This document shows, in pieces, positions 1 to 11,632 of a stretch of 64,000 nt of DNA. Numbering within the stretch: position 1 is the first letter of the stretch; the number at the start of each line of letters is the position of its first letter. A program made the translations under genes and the position numbers. Below the pieces are notes generated by a model. The model was given only the letters and a program-made list of their open reading frames with translations. It did no database searches and was not told where the DNA came from. Origin of the DNA: Tubulanus polymorphus (lineage: Eukaryota > Animalia > Nemertea); contig NC_134032.1 of assembly GCF_964204645.1 (NCBI RefSeq), forward strand, positions 9,660,275-9,724,274, in the 5' to 3' direction.

Positions 1-279
1 CAACGCCATCTGGTGCGGACAGCAGTGTGTCTGATCATGGTCCGATTGAGTTACGTAATTGCGACTAAAAGTGCTCTTTTTCAAATATTAGAATGAAATT
101 AACCTTATCTAAAGTAAGGTGGCTTCAATATCATTTCCTATATTTTCACATATTTCCTATCTCGGATTAACCACAAAAAACTGTCTTTCAGTTTCCAGTT
201 GCTGGCCAGTGTCTGAATCAGACTTATAAATATTATCTGAATTGTTTCGTATTTCTTTTCAGGTTTGCCGCAATACCGG

Positions 280-1050
280 ATGATGTTGTTTACTTCTAAC
301 CTGGCGATAGCGGTCGTTACTCGCGCCCTCGCGATCACGTGCCTTATTTACCTAAGCGGCGCGCGAGCCGCCTCCGATTTGAAGACAATACTGATCAGGT
401 CGGGCACGTTGACCACGTCTTCCATACTAGTACACTGGAACAATACGCTAGCCACCACCGGCAAACATCGCGTAAGCTATACCCCTTCGGGCCTGACCGC
501 TGAGCACACCATGTACTCGAGTTGGCAACCGAGCGAAAAGAGCTCGTTCCGAATACAACACCTCCCCTCAAATACCAAATTCAACATATGCGTGACGTCA
601 CAATACCCGAACGCGTTGCCTAGCGAGGTGACCGAGTGCTCGGAAATTTCCACCATTCCCGTTTTGCAGACGAGCAGCATCGTCGCTTTGACATTGACAT
701 TAGGTTATATAGTCGGTACGGCGTTGTTGGGTTGGTGTTGGTGGCGCTGCAGGATTATGTCGCGTGACCGCGTGAAGAGTCGCGAAGAGATGGCGCTGAA
801 GTCGTCCTATACGAATAATCGAAACATCGAAGAGGACGAGACGGAGTTGTGTGGACATTGGAAGGCTCCAGCCACGCAGAAGGACTGCTCCAATAATAAA
901 CCTGCCGCCGACGCCGTCGTCGGTACAGTTACGCGTAAGGCAGCGACCCCTACCGGCTCGCACGCGTCGGCCCCGAACGTGGACGAAATTCACGCGAAAT
1001 TGAATCCGAATTCGGAGAATATCGACATCTATTCGGGAACGAGAGTTTAG
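280..1050 (+). CDS. Single-FN3-domain type I transmembrane protein (FNDC-like)
   Basis: ATG at 280, just after a splice acceptor (tatttcttttcAG, 261-262). Signal-peptide-like MMLFTSNLAIAVVTRALAITCLIYLSGARA. FN3 pattern: TTSSILVHW...HRVSY...FRIQHLPSNTKFNICV...CSEIST. Hydrophobic segment IVALTLTLGYIVGTALLGWCWW followed by RCR, then a low-complexity tail. The frame is open back to the acceptor, so an upstream coding exon is possible. Confidence 0.85.
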   Translation: MMLFTSNLAIAVVTRALAITCLIYLSGARAASDLKTILIRSGTLTTSSILVHWNNTLATTGKHRVSYTPSGLTAEHTMYSSWQPSEKSSFRIQHLPSNTKFNICVTSQYPNALPSEVTECSEISTIPVLQTSSIVALTLTLGYIVGTALLGWCWWRCRIMSRDRVKSREEMALKSSYTNNRNIEEDETELCGHWKAPATQKDCSNNKPAADAVVGTVTRKAATPTGSHASAPNVDEIHAKLNPNSENIDIYSGTRV

Positions 1051-2136
1051 AATGTCAAGTTTGGGGAAATTCGGGAAAATCTGTGAATCCTCTATAGAGC
1101 TGAGTGTCGGGAACTCCGCGGAATTCTGAGAAATGAAGTTCCTACGACTGGCGTTTTGAATTAAAGCTTTTTCGATAGTCTTGATTCGTTATTTTCTGAA
1201 AATTGTCTAAATCAAAATCCAAAACTTCGAAACTTTCTATCCATAAAGTTTGAATCCGTGATTATAATCAAAAAGTGCCTGCCAACAGGTGTCGTTACTG
1301 CATGACACTCGTGACGTCACGCATGCGGGGCGAGAAGTAGGGACGGTGAAGGTTTAGCTGCGTTGTGCGATGGTGGGATCTTCACCTGACCAATTAGAAG
1401 GGTCTCGGTGAGGAATGCTCTTGGTCATGAGGGGAAACAACAGCATTCAACTGACCAACATTATTTTAGATTTGCGGAAAAACGTGGATCCCAATGATGA
1501 CTACTCCGTTCCCCCGTTCCTCCATATCTACGTAACCAATACGGTCGGGCGCGATAACTCACCGTGTCACGTAGAGAGACAGGTTTCGCTCAAACTGTAG
1601 CGCAGTATAGCGCCGTAAATATCCGAAGCGAAACTCCACGCTGTAAATATTCTCAGTTACCAAAGTGCAGCTTGTATCTGACAGTTTTCCGATAAAACAA
1701 TTTCGTACACGGGCGGCGGCTGAGTGACAACATTACTGCTGAAATATCGCTCTTGTCAAACAACTGGAACCTTCAGGAATACGGCTACCTTGAATCAGTC
1801 TAAATGTATGACATTTCTAGAAAAGATGGGGGTTGCATCTGTGAAATTGCCCCTCCCATCAAAGATGTCGTCAAACTATAGGAACGAAGGGATCCCGAGG
1901 CACTTTTGAGCCCTGTTCGAGTCCTTAGAATTTTTCTCTAAGTGCCTTTTTGGTCATCAAAGTCATTATGTCACAAAATCCCGAAAAAATCTCAAAACTA
2001 TTGGCTTCGGTCAAAAATGGCAGCCATCATAAATCCTATAGGACACAACGAATTAACCCTACGCTTCCAGAAAAGATGTGCCCGCTTCCAATTATCCTCC
2101 TATGACATCATAGAATTAATCCATTTGTCCTTACTC

Positions 2137-2476
2137 CATCCTCCCTAGGCAGGGATTCGAACCTGATGGCATCGCTACACTCAGCCACGGCACGAACCCC
2201 TGCCACAGTCGACCCGATGCGCAGGTACACGCGCAGCTTTACCGCGCGAAAACTTGCGCCACCAATCAGATTGCTCGTTGTATAATCGCTGAGGTAGATT
2301 TCACGATATAACTATAAATGCGAAAACCCGGGCAAAAATATAACGGGATATCTGATTGGCTGATAATTACATCATCTAAGCTTCGCGTGTAGCTGCGCAC
2401 TCGGTCTAGTATGGCAGGGTTTCGTACTGTGGCAATCTCGATGCCACCAGGTTCGAATCCCTGCCGGGGGAGGATT
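2137..2476. mobile_element. Foldback MITE family A (CATCC ends, B-box-containing arms), copy 1
   Basis: Left end atcctccctaggcagggattcgaacctgatggcatcg is the inverted repeat of right end cgatgccaccaggttcgaatccctgccgggggaggat. Imperfect arms of about 120 bp; central ccaatcag...ctgattgg. Confidence 0.8.
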
Positions 2477-5400
2477 CCTCGGTCGGGAGGCACCAAAAAT
2501 GAGAATGTCATAGGAAGAATTTATAGAAGCAGTTGGTTGTGATAGGGAAATATTATAGGAATATTGGCGAACAGTCGTTTCTATAATTACGAATAGATAA
2601 AGTGATTATAGGTAAAGGATGTGACAGAGTCAAATACAGTGTATGCGTCAACGTGTTTTCCCTCATAACGTTAACATCCGTATTAACTTCCATATTTATA
2701 CATGAATTGATAAATGTCACTAACGAAACCTTTTAAACGTTTTTTGTCAAATCTAAATTTTTCCTTTTCTTGCATTTTTAACTTACCGAAAATCCGGACT
2801 TTCTCGGATTTGGATCTTGTACTTGGACTTTGTTGCGATCGACTTCTGCCTTTGACCTATTGAAAAAAAGGATTTCGATAAGAAAAGGTACCATTGATTT
2901 AAAGTCTAAATAAGTGATTGAATTTCGATGAATGTAATCTCTTTATCGATTGTTTGGACTATTCGCTATCAATTTTAACTAATTTTGAAAATGATTAATA
3001 AAATAAAGCAGTTTATTACTAAAAGTTTTTTCTGTCGATTTTTTCCGTCCCGGTGGTGGTTTACAGAATAAGCCACGAGCAAGTTTAACCCGGAAAGGAA
3101 GAACCCAAATGGATTCAAATTTGATTTAAACGTGTGGTCAGGTTTGGGTTCGGATTCGGTGGTATCGATTGCATCGAGCTCAGCGTATTTGATACGACCA
3201 TTTCGCCGCCTAGCGTCGCTGATTCAGAATAGATACCCGAAAAAAGGTTAGAAAAAGGGCCGGCGATTTGAAGAAATTTTTAACATCGATTATAACGGCC
3301 AAAATATACGAGTTTTATGCATCCAATGAAATTTAAGAAATATTTGAAACGTCGCAGAGAGACATCGCGTGTAATTGAAAAAATGAATTTAGTATTTTGA
3401 GTTGCGATGAAACCTTGCTATAACGAACTTACTTAAAATTTCAAAAGAAATCTTTCTGAACCACGTAACGTAACGACAAACATGTCGATGTAAAAGTTTT
3501 GTGACTTAAAGAGATTTTCGGAGGTTTTCACGCAATAAAAACTTATTCCCATACATAATTTCCCATAAGTGATTTTTCATCGTGTGAATTTCAAGGTCGA
3601 TATATTTTCAAGTATACATCATCATATCCTATCATTCATTATGATCAAAGCAGGCCAAACAGCCTATTATTTCGCAGTCCTTTGTGAAGAAGGTACTTGA
3701 CGTACCTGTTTTATATATCATATCATATATATCCTTTATGGGTGCTGCCATTAAAAAAGTCATACTTAATGCCCCGCTGCGCGTGATTTTGTCTAAATAT
3801 TTCTATAAAATCAGGTTTGCTCTTATTGAAAAGAATATCAACGCTTTCTATATACTTTGTGTACACTTTAAGTTGCCCTGACAGGCGCGAATCTAGAATT
3901 GTTGTAGGGGTGGGGTCCAGGGAAGAAAAATGGAACCATATGAAATGTTACTGCAAGGACGACGCAAACTGCCTAGTGGCGTAGCCTTTACGGTTTACGA
4001 CCATGAGGGGGGTGCGACGATAGAAATTTTGGGCACAATCACGATACCATTCTCATCATTTTTTCATGAGAAAATAACCACCTCCTTTTGTATCATATTT
4101 ACCTCAATTGAAAAAATGTCATTAGAGATTTTTGGGGGTAGACATTTTTGGGAGGTTCAAATCCAGTGGGGTGGTTCCGGAACCAGCACCACCCCCCTCC
4201 TAAGTTGGTCCCTGCCTGATTGCACTAGCACTGCGGCGTAGATGGCGTGGGTAGGGCATTCGTGTGTGCTAAGGGCTATAACAGCAGGGTACTTCTTCCC
4301 TCTTTAAGGGAACGGTTAGGAAGGGGGATATCTGGCCTGATAAATGGTTCTTGAGTCCTATATGAATGTCACTGACTGCTTTCTTTGTGGATTCTAACAT
4401 TTAGTAATATGCTAAGAAAATCATTTAAATCATATCATGAGTCACAATACCTTCGAGCGAATATTGGATGTGTCGTTGATAACTCTTATTTTTTTATATT
4501 TTACACCATAATTTCCTTATTTCGAATAGAAATCGGATAAACCTATATGTGGTGTGTCGCGAAGTTCCAGCTATTCACCAGGTATAAGCACCGCGTATCG
4601 TAGGCCTACACACGAAAACCAGTGGTCAAACCATAAAAAGTGGCGTAGAATCGGGTCATTTCGTCGAAGGATTTGTCAGGAGTATAGAAGGATTTCGTCA
4701 CGTCGTATTTACTCAATTGTTCGCCATACATTGCGTCGCCTCCATCTATCATTCAATCGAAATGTCAGTTGCCCCGTGGAGATGATTCACACCCAAAATA
4801 CTGCGATCCCCCGTCTGGTAGCTGTCAGGGACTAACTCGTGGGCTCTAGAATTTATTTGAGATACACTTAATTTGAGTTTAAGTTAGACTGTAGGCTGAA
4901 AAACGTTTACTTCAGAATGTACGTTCAAATTATTCCTCCTTAGCTAAAGTCAAATTTAACAAAGATATGTGAACATGGGGTCCGTCCTGGCACGTCTTTA
5001 TTAGATCATTTGATGATGACTACCTCCTCCAAGTACCGGCCATCCAGGCGCTCTGTGCGCACGTGTCAAAGAACAAAACACCACAAAAATTCACGTTAAA
5101 CGACAAAAAAACTAATTTGTTAGCAATTGATAGATAAATCTGCTTTATTTCTTTAACCGTTAAAGAGACCAAGAGACTAGGAGCAACCACGTGCAGGGGT
5201 CAAGGTCAAGTATATTTAGGGTCCGACTCCCCAAAATCAGCGAAATGATTTATTTCAATTATTCGTCATTTTCAATAGAAGTCATTGAATCGTTACATGA
5301 TTTTTCTTCTTAATTCTCTTATTCTGAAATCAAAATCAACTCAGACGGAACCCTATCACAGCCTTTTCAGAAAATCGACCCCAACACCACATTTTAACGA

Positions 5401-5713
5401 TAATATTTGATTACTGGATATACATGTATATATATTTTGAAACGTTTGAAAAAAAAAATCTTTATATAAGGGAAGTTTCAAAGGTATAATAAACTCTATA
5501 GTAGAGAACTTTCAAAACTGCGCGTTACCTGCACTCATTTCTTAGGCCAAATTCATCGTCATTTTAATCGCTTAGTCGTAGAGGAAATCAAAATTAAAAT
5601 CTAATGACTTGAAAATTATTTTCTATGAAATTTCAATTGAATAATTCTTTTCTGAACTCAATGCATATTCACTGTATTGTTAATTTTGATTCCTTTCGTT
5701 TACGGACTGTTGC

Positions 5714-6164
5714 TTATTGCTGTTCCTTCGTTAGCTCGTCGCGCATAGCCGGCAAGATACCGCCTTTGAAAGCCATGTCGATCAGCTCCTCGGCCGTTGC
5801 GAGTTGCGGGTACTGCTTCATAGCCCACATCAGATATACCCTGAACTCCTTCCAATCGACGGAGCCATCCGCGTCCATATCCAACGCTTGTATGGCCCTC
5901 TTCGTGTCCGCGCACCGATAGCAGCCGAAGTACGGCGACAGGAAGCCGTTGTAGAACGAGTCGAACTCGAGCATGTCGTCGCCTTGGACTTCGTCCCTCA
6001 GATCCCATTTGTCCCAGATGGCTCGAACTTCGGCGATCAATCGGTCAGCGTTGGCCGAGTTCAATTTCATGTTGTTGATCGCCTCGCCCATAGGCTCGGT
6101 CAGGGCGCCTCCGACGCGGTCATACAAAACAGCCAACCCTGCAGGACTCTGGTATTCCTCTTTC
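5714..6164 (-). CDS. DRE-TIM + EF-hand protein, terminal exon 6 (EF-hand pair)
   Basis: Acceptor ttttaattaTAG; (R)KEEYQSPAGLAVLYDRVGG...; canonical EF loop DMDADGSVDWKE; stop TAA at 5714-5716. The six exons sum to 1704 nt (567 aa + stop) with all phases compatible. Confidence 0.9.
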
Positions 6165-7562
6165 CTATAATTAAAATAATGTTTGATTTTTCTAAATTAA
6201 ATCTTTCGTTTAAAGGATTTTCGCAAAATGAATTAAGTGGTTATACCCTGAGTTAGCGTTTACTTTCAAGAAGTCGAAGCAAAATGTACGTTTGGTAAAA
6301 CATAATGTAAATTGTTATCTCAGCAAAATGAAAAAATTCGTTTGAAATAATGAAAAGGGCGAACGTAATAATCAAATAGAAATCGCCATTTTGCAAAATG
6401 AAATAACTTCACAAGTTAGTAAGATAAGTTAGTAACGGATACATAGATTGCATTCTTTCAGGCTTATATCAACCATATTAAAAATCGTTTACTTTCTTTT
6501 AGATCATGCATTTACTTTCTTTCAGAAATAAGGGTCACGAGGCCAGTTAGGAACGTGTTTGGCCTCAACCTGACAGCAATATAGATGTTATAGGACATTT
6601 TGTGTTGAAGGAACAAAGCGATACATTATATTTTTAGAAATTCGTTTTGTGCGTCGACCAACAAAGGAGTAATTTCACAGAATTGATACTCTATAATCTT
6701 GAAAAATATGAAAACCTAGTATGAATGTAAAATTGTCTTCGCGTGGCGCTAGCTTTTGTACTGTTTTAACCATGTGAGTTCTGAAGCGTTTTAGCGTCCA
6801 AGCTTGAAATGAATATAGCTCTAGAAATTACGTTATTACAAGGCCCGGTCATAGACAGTTAAGTTTATATTCATTTTATCAATTCATGCTTATTGCTGTC
6901 ATGGACAATAAAAGAATATATTCCAGGTTGCTACCAAGTAATAAAGAAGTACATTGGACAAAAAGGCAATAAATATGGTCGAAGAACAGAATTCCGACGA
7001 ATCCCAGGCACTTTCTGATACGTGTTTCTATGGGGCACCATGTCGCTTAACAAATGTTCTTTTATGTTATGGTCGTTTCTTCGTGAACCTTTTGACCTCG
7101 GAAATGATTTTCTTTTTAAACTGCTAAACCAAGACTAATCAGGCCCAGACCGAGCCATAAAGGACAGACTAACAACCTTAGGTTCATTACATTCTGTTAG
7201 TTTAGGTTTTAGGAATCGCAACGGGAAATTTCGTTTAATGATTCCCGTTAAAATGAGCTTGAAAATTTATCGAAAGATTTACGAATGACTAGAACCTAGA
7301 ATAAAGGCATCAGACACTCGTCAAATTTGTTACTAGTTCAACAGTATTGTGAAAAAATTCAAACTCACGTCTCGCAATTTTTAGTTTCACAGTTTTTGAG
7401 AGTAGAGCCAAGTAACTTTGGGTTGAAATTAGACTCATAAATTCTAGAGTCTAATTTATCTCAAGAGCTGTAAAACTAGATTCGCGGTGTTTTGAACCTT
7501 GAGTAACAATCCAGCCAGATAACTGGGAAACTGTGCGCAAGTATCGTTAAACCTTCGCGTAC

Positions 7563-7868
7563 CTATTGTGTTTCAAATCGTCGAGCATTTGCTCTTTCAT
7601 TTTGATCGCTATCTCGTCGGTGAAGTTAGGGTCCTCGCCGAATAGATGTACCATTCGCAGACGAATCATCTCCGGAGAAGCCAAGGTCGTTATACGCATT
7701 CTATAGTCTTCGCCGAAAAACGCGCCCATGTCAAAGTCACCCTTGTCGAGCCCGAATACAAAATCGAGGGCCTTGCCACCGTAAATGGGCTGTCGGGGGT
7801 GAGGGTCTTTACCCGTCGAAAGCTTCGTGACGGCGATCGCACCCTTTCTCAAATAGCTGCAGTTGTAC
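7563..7868 (-). CDS. DRE-TIM + EF-hand protein, coding exon 5
   Basis: Acceptor attaCAG; (R)YNCSYLRKGAIAVTKLSTGKDPHPRQPIYGGKALDFVFG...DDLKHN; donor GTACGC (phase 2). Confidence 0.88.
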
Positions 7869-8323
7869 CTGTAATCGATTTAAAAAAACGACCTTATCTT
7901 CTAATTTTCCTATTTGAAAAATGTCAACTTGAAAAAAAAATGTTTAAAAACGGTTGGTATTTTTTAAAATTCTCTTGATTGAAAAATCTATACCGATTTG
8001 AAAAAAAACGGTTGAAAAGTTACCCATTTAAAAAAGAACAAAAATCAAAATTAATTCAGATGGATAAAAATCGTATAATTTTTCAAACGAATCAGTTAGA
8101 AAATTACCATCAGATTAAAAATTCCCATTCGTTTCTAATTTATCGTAATTGAGAAATCGATGAGCTGTTTGTTGAATAGAATAGCAATTAATTTGAGAAT
8201 TCTATTTCAAACGATTACGATTTGAAAAACCTCACACACGTGTTTCTCGAAAATAATTGAACGATTAATGCGATGAATTTGTACGAACTGATTTCAGGGC
8301 ACCTCGCCCTATATGCCTCATAC

Positions 8324-8451
8324 CTTTTAAGCACTTTTTTGTTGCCCATTCTAGCGAGATTTAGAATGGCAACCGTCGACGACGCAGCGCCCATGAAGGC
8401 ACCTTCATCGCACGAGCTAGCCCACATACCACTGGCCCCAGCGGCTAGGAT
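8324..8451 (-). CDS. DRE-TIM + EF-hand protein, coding exon 4
   Basis: Acceptor cgttTAG; ILAAGASGMWASSCDEGAFMGAASSTVAILNLARMGNKKVLK; donor GTATGA (phase 2). Confidence 0.88.
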
Positions 8452-8990
8452 CTAAACGTCGAGAAGAAATAAAGGAGAACATTTTTTAGTTTTTCGAGAA
8501 ATCTTTAGCTTATAATTTGGCAAACACTGTTTGATTAAAAGACACTGGATACGTTTAGGAAACAAGAAAGACATTAATATAAGTTATATATGAACACGTT
8601 TTTAAGTCCGACGTAAAACCTACTCAAATGCCATGCCCACTACCCTTAGCACGATCACTATAACTTATATAATCGCTGATGCGGTGATGGCGAAGCGATT
8701 TGGGTGAGTGGGTAAGGCATTCGACTCCGGTTATGCTATGATATGATTTGATATGATTTATTTTCAAGTAAGATTTTTACTAAATTAATGAGTAAGGAAA
8801 TACATTAAAGATGTAATAATATTAAATGAGGGACGGCTTTGAAGCAACAGTTAGTTTTTACAAGAAAGCAGCCCCAGAAAAGAGAGAAAAAATATACAGA
8901 AATAAAAAAAAAACAATAAAGAGAAGAAAAACGACATAGGAAACGATAACGAAGATGATTAGAGACGTTAAAACAAAAGGCAAATCTTAC

Positions 8991-9460
8991 TTTCAAATTT
9001 GTCGCATCGCAAAGACCGAATTTCTCGTGCACGTGAGCCAGCAGGTGCCCGTTCCAGTTATGCTTGTTCATCATTTCGCGAATGAATTGCACCCAGACTA
9101 CGCACTCTTCCGGCAAACACGTGCCTTTCGGTTCCTCAAACGCCAGACCGAACGGGCGCACGCCCTCCGGCATCGAGCCCAGGAAGTCGGTCATCTCGAA
9201 CATACGCTCGGCGTGGTCGTCCAAGGTGTCGGGGAGATCTCTGTAGCTGACCAGAATTCGGCATTTCGGGTGCAGCTCTTTGTAACACCAGTGGATCCAT
9301 TTCTCGACGAGAGCCATCATCTTCGACATCGGGAACGCGTCGAAATCGTAGATGACGTCACTGAGATCGAGTTCGAAGACGACGTTACGCATGCCAAACT
9401 TCTTCATCTTTTCCAGACCGACCGGTACTGTTTCGGTGTCCGGCACCTTTTTCTTGGTTT
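8991..9460 (-). CDS. DRE-TIM + EF-hand protein, coding exon 3
   Basis: Acceptor cttttttCAG; KTKKKVPDTETVPVGL...FEEPKG...LLAHVHEKFGLCDATNLK; donor GTAAGA (phase 0). HVHEKFG matches the HxH metal-binding motif. Confidence 0.9.
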
Positions 9461-10026
9461 CTGAAAAAAGCGATGAAAAAGCGATGTAGTTTATCGTTCA
9501 GTATTCGATCAAAAAATTACACCCCACAAAAAAACACGCGCTTCGTAGAATTACTTACCAGTATGTATCAAAGTGTACTTTTCTATTCATTGTTGAAAAA
9601 TCTAGATTTAAGACCAGTCTACGTCATTTGGGTGACTGTTCATGAATCCAGGCTTATAACCAAACAGCAATGGCCACTCAATATAGTGAGTCGGGTTTAG
9701 GAACCAAATTGAGCTTAGACGCAATGGTCTTAAATTGTTAGATCAGGGACAGAACCCAAATTAGCCTAGATTGATATCAAGTTGTTCCCTCCTGGCCTTA
9801 GACTTCTATGGTTGAATTAAGTGTTGTTGTAAGATTGGTTATAGAAATCAAAATGAGCGTAGTCCAATTTCGAGAAGATTAACTTCATAAGGCAAAAAAA
9901 ACGGGCCTAGACCTGTCTCAAGTCCTTTTATGACCCCTGTGGTGAACTATCTCGGGGTCAAATCGGTTCAGACTAGTTCAATGAACTTAAATCGAACGAA
10001 TACACGCCCGGATAGCAGTGACTTAC

Positions 10027-10165
10027 TGTATGTGACCTCGCTGAACGCCCACAGATGCTCGAAATTCGCCCCTCGTTCTCCCAATTGAGTAATGAACATA
10101 TCGTCAACTCGCGTCATGTGCGAAAATGAGCCCACGATCATATCTTTAAACCCCATCTTCTGTAC
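10027..10165 (-). CDS. DRE-TIM + EF-hand protein, coding exon 2
   Basis: Acceptor tttcgtttcgCAG; VQKMGFKDMIVGSFSHMTRVDDMF...WAFSEVTY; donor GTAAGT (phase 1). Confidence 0.88.
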
Positions 10166-10696
10166 CTGCGAAACGAAAGTAAAATAATCAAGAAAGAGTT
10201 TAGTTGGAAGCGTAGTGAAATTGCATTTAAAAAGGTGAACATTTTGCAGCCGATTTCTAGCTAGAATCGCAGTTGAAAATAGTTCTGAACTATTTTCAAT
10301 GAATCATTTCAAAGTGAAACCTTCGAGCCAAAATTTCAACCGAGCATTGACCTGAAATAACGACCTTTCCTGTAGAACTTGTTTGATCAAGCAGTTGATT
10401 TTTCACTTCTTTTGTAGTAACTTTATCCATGAATGAAACGAAGTTGTGAAAACCGTTCTTTCGATAATTACTTCCTTTTGGTAGTTTTAAGAAAAAATTG
10501 CAAAACCTTTTTAAAATCACTTTTCGCTCAAAGAAATGAACGATCTAACCCTTTCAAAATTAATTCAGAAATTAATTCAAAAATCTTTCCAAGATTTTTT
10601 GTAGTTCAAAAAAATCATTTTCCAAATATTCTATAAAACAAGCAAAACTTTCATATGAAAACAACTCTTAGTAGCTTAAAGAAAGGTTGCACCTAC

Positions 10697-10906
10697 CTCC
10701 TCGTAAATCTGCCATTTATTTTCGATCGTGTGCCCGCGCAGGCCGCCGACCGTGCTTTCACGAATCGAATTATCCAAGATGAAGATGTCCAAATCTTTCA
10801 GCGAATCGTACTCGCTCACCCGGCGGTTCCATTCCGCGTGGTATCTTTGGACGATATCTTCATATTTGCCTCCCTTGCCAGAGCCTTTTTTCGCGTTCTT
10901 CGACAT
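10697..10906 (-). CDS. DRE-TIM (IPMS/homocitrate synthase-like) + EF-hand protein, coding exon 1
   Basis: MSKNAKKG...IFILDNSIRESTVGGLRGHTIENKWQIYEE, then donor GTAGGT (phase 0). ILDNSIRES resembles the IxDxTLRDG motif of DRE-TIM enzymes. Confidence 0.85.
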
Positions 10907-11044
10907 ATCGTCTGCTTCCACGGAGGACTTGCTAAGTATGCTAGGATAAAGATGAAAAATCGCTGAACGAATTTCAATTTGTTTCCGAGACCTGATTCGT
11001 CCGGGACCGGTTCTACTCGAAGCTGTGCGCCGAGCAGACGTACG

Positions 11045-11080
11045 CACCGCTATTTAAAACACGCTAGCGCATGCGCGTAC
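11045..11080 (-). promoter_or_regulatory. Candidate core promoter of the DRE-TIM/EF-hand gene
   Basis: Palindrome GCGCATGCGC (NRF-1/Ewg-type site) at 11067-11076, followed on the - strand by TATA-like TTTAAATA (about 11051-11058), about 150 nt upstream of the ATG. Confidence 0.4.
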
Positions 11081-11566
11081 GGCTTTCTCGGTTGCCTGGG
11101 TTTTTATTGTCAGGATTCCGAGAACTGAATCAGTACTACACACACACACGCGCGCACATATAGCAAGTTCAAACCCACACAGCGTTTGACTGAATCCACT
11201 AAGATTAGTTCTTAGCTAAATTAGGAATTCAAGCCAATTAAGTTATAGATAAAATTCGTGATTGTTTACTAATCTCAATTCTCAGGGTTCAGTTCTACGG
11301 TTCTCTGTGTTTGGTCCAGAGTCAAAACATCGGGAATTGACTGATTAAACTTTTGGTCAAATGTAATCGAGAACACTGCGATTCCTGGTTTCAAAACAGA
11401 TTGATGAACGACCATAATTTGACCAGATCGGAACAAAGTATTTTGTATTCGCTAATTCTGATTATCACTCGATGTTTGCCTTTCTCATAGAAGAAATGAC
11501 GTCATGATTTGTTTCGTAAAATCGCTGGTAATCACCGCAGATTGCTGACCAAATGTCCTTGCAAAA

Positions 11567-11632
11567 AACTAAATTTGAAGGTGTCTTATTCACACGTCCA
11601 ACTAAATTTGAAGGTGTCTTATTCACACGTCC
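11567..11632. repeat. Exact 33-bp tandem duplication
   Basis: aactaaatttgaaggtgtcttattcacacgtcc x2. Confidence 0.95.

Noticed and set aside
2400-2470. tRNA gene at GGTTCGAATCCC (also 21.4, 22.9 and 26.1 kb)
   Set aside because: No convincing acceptor stem or cloverleaf; the motifs sit inside repeats.
5625-9464. + strand ORFs 5625-5921, 5804-6256, 7646-7978 and 8955-9464
   Set aside because: Antisense shadows of the GC-richer DRE-TIM/EF-hand exons.
5714-10906. Bacterial contamination as the source of the enzyme-like gene
   Set aside because: Five canonical spliceosomal introns, and continuity with animal genes and repeats.
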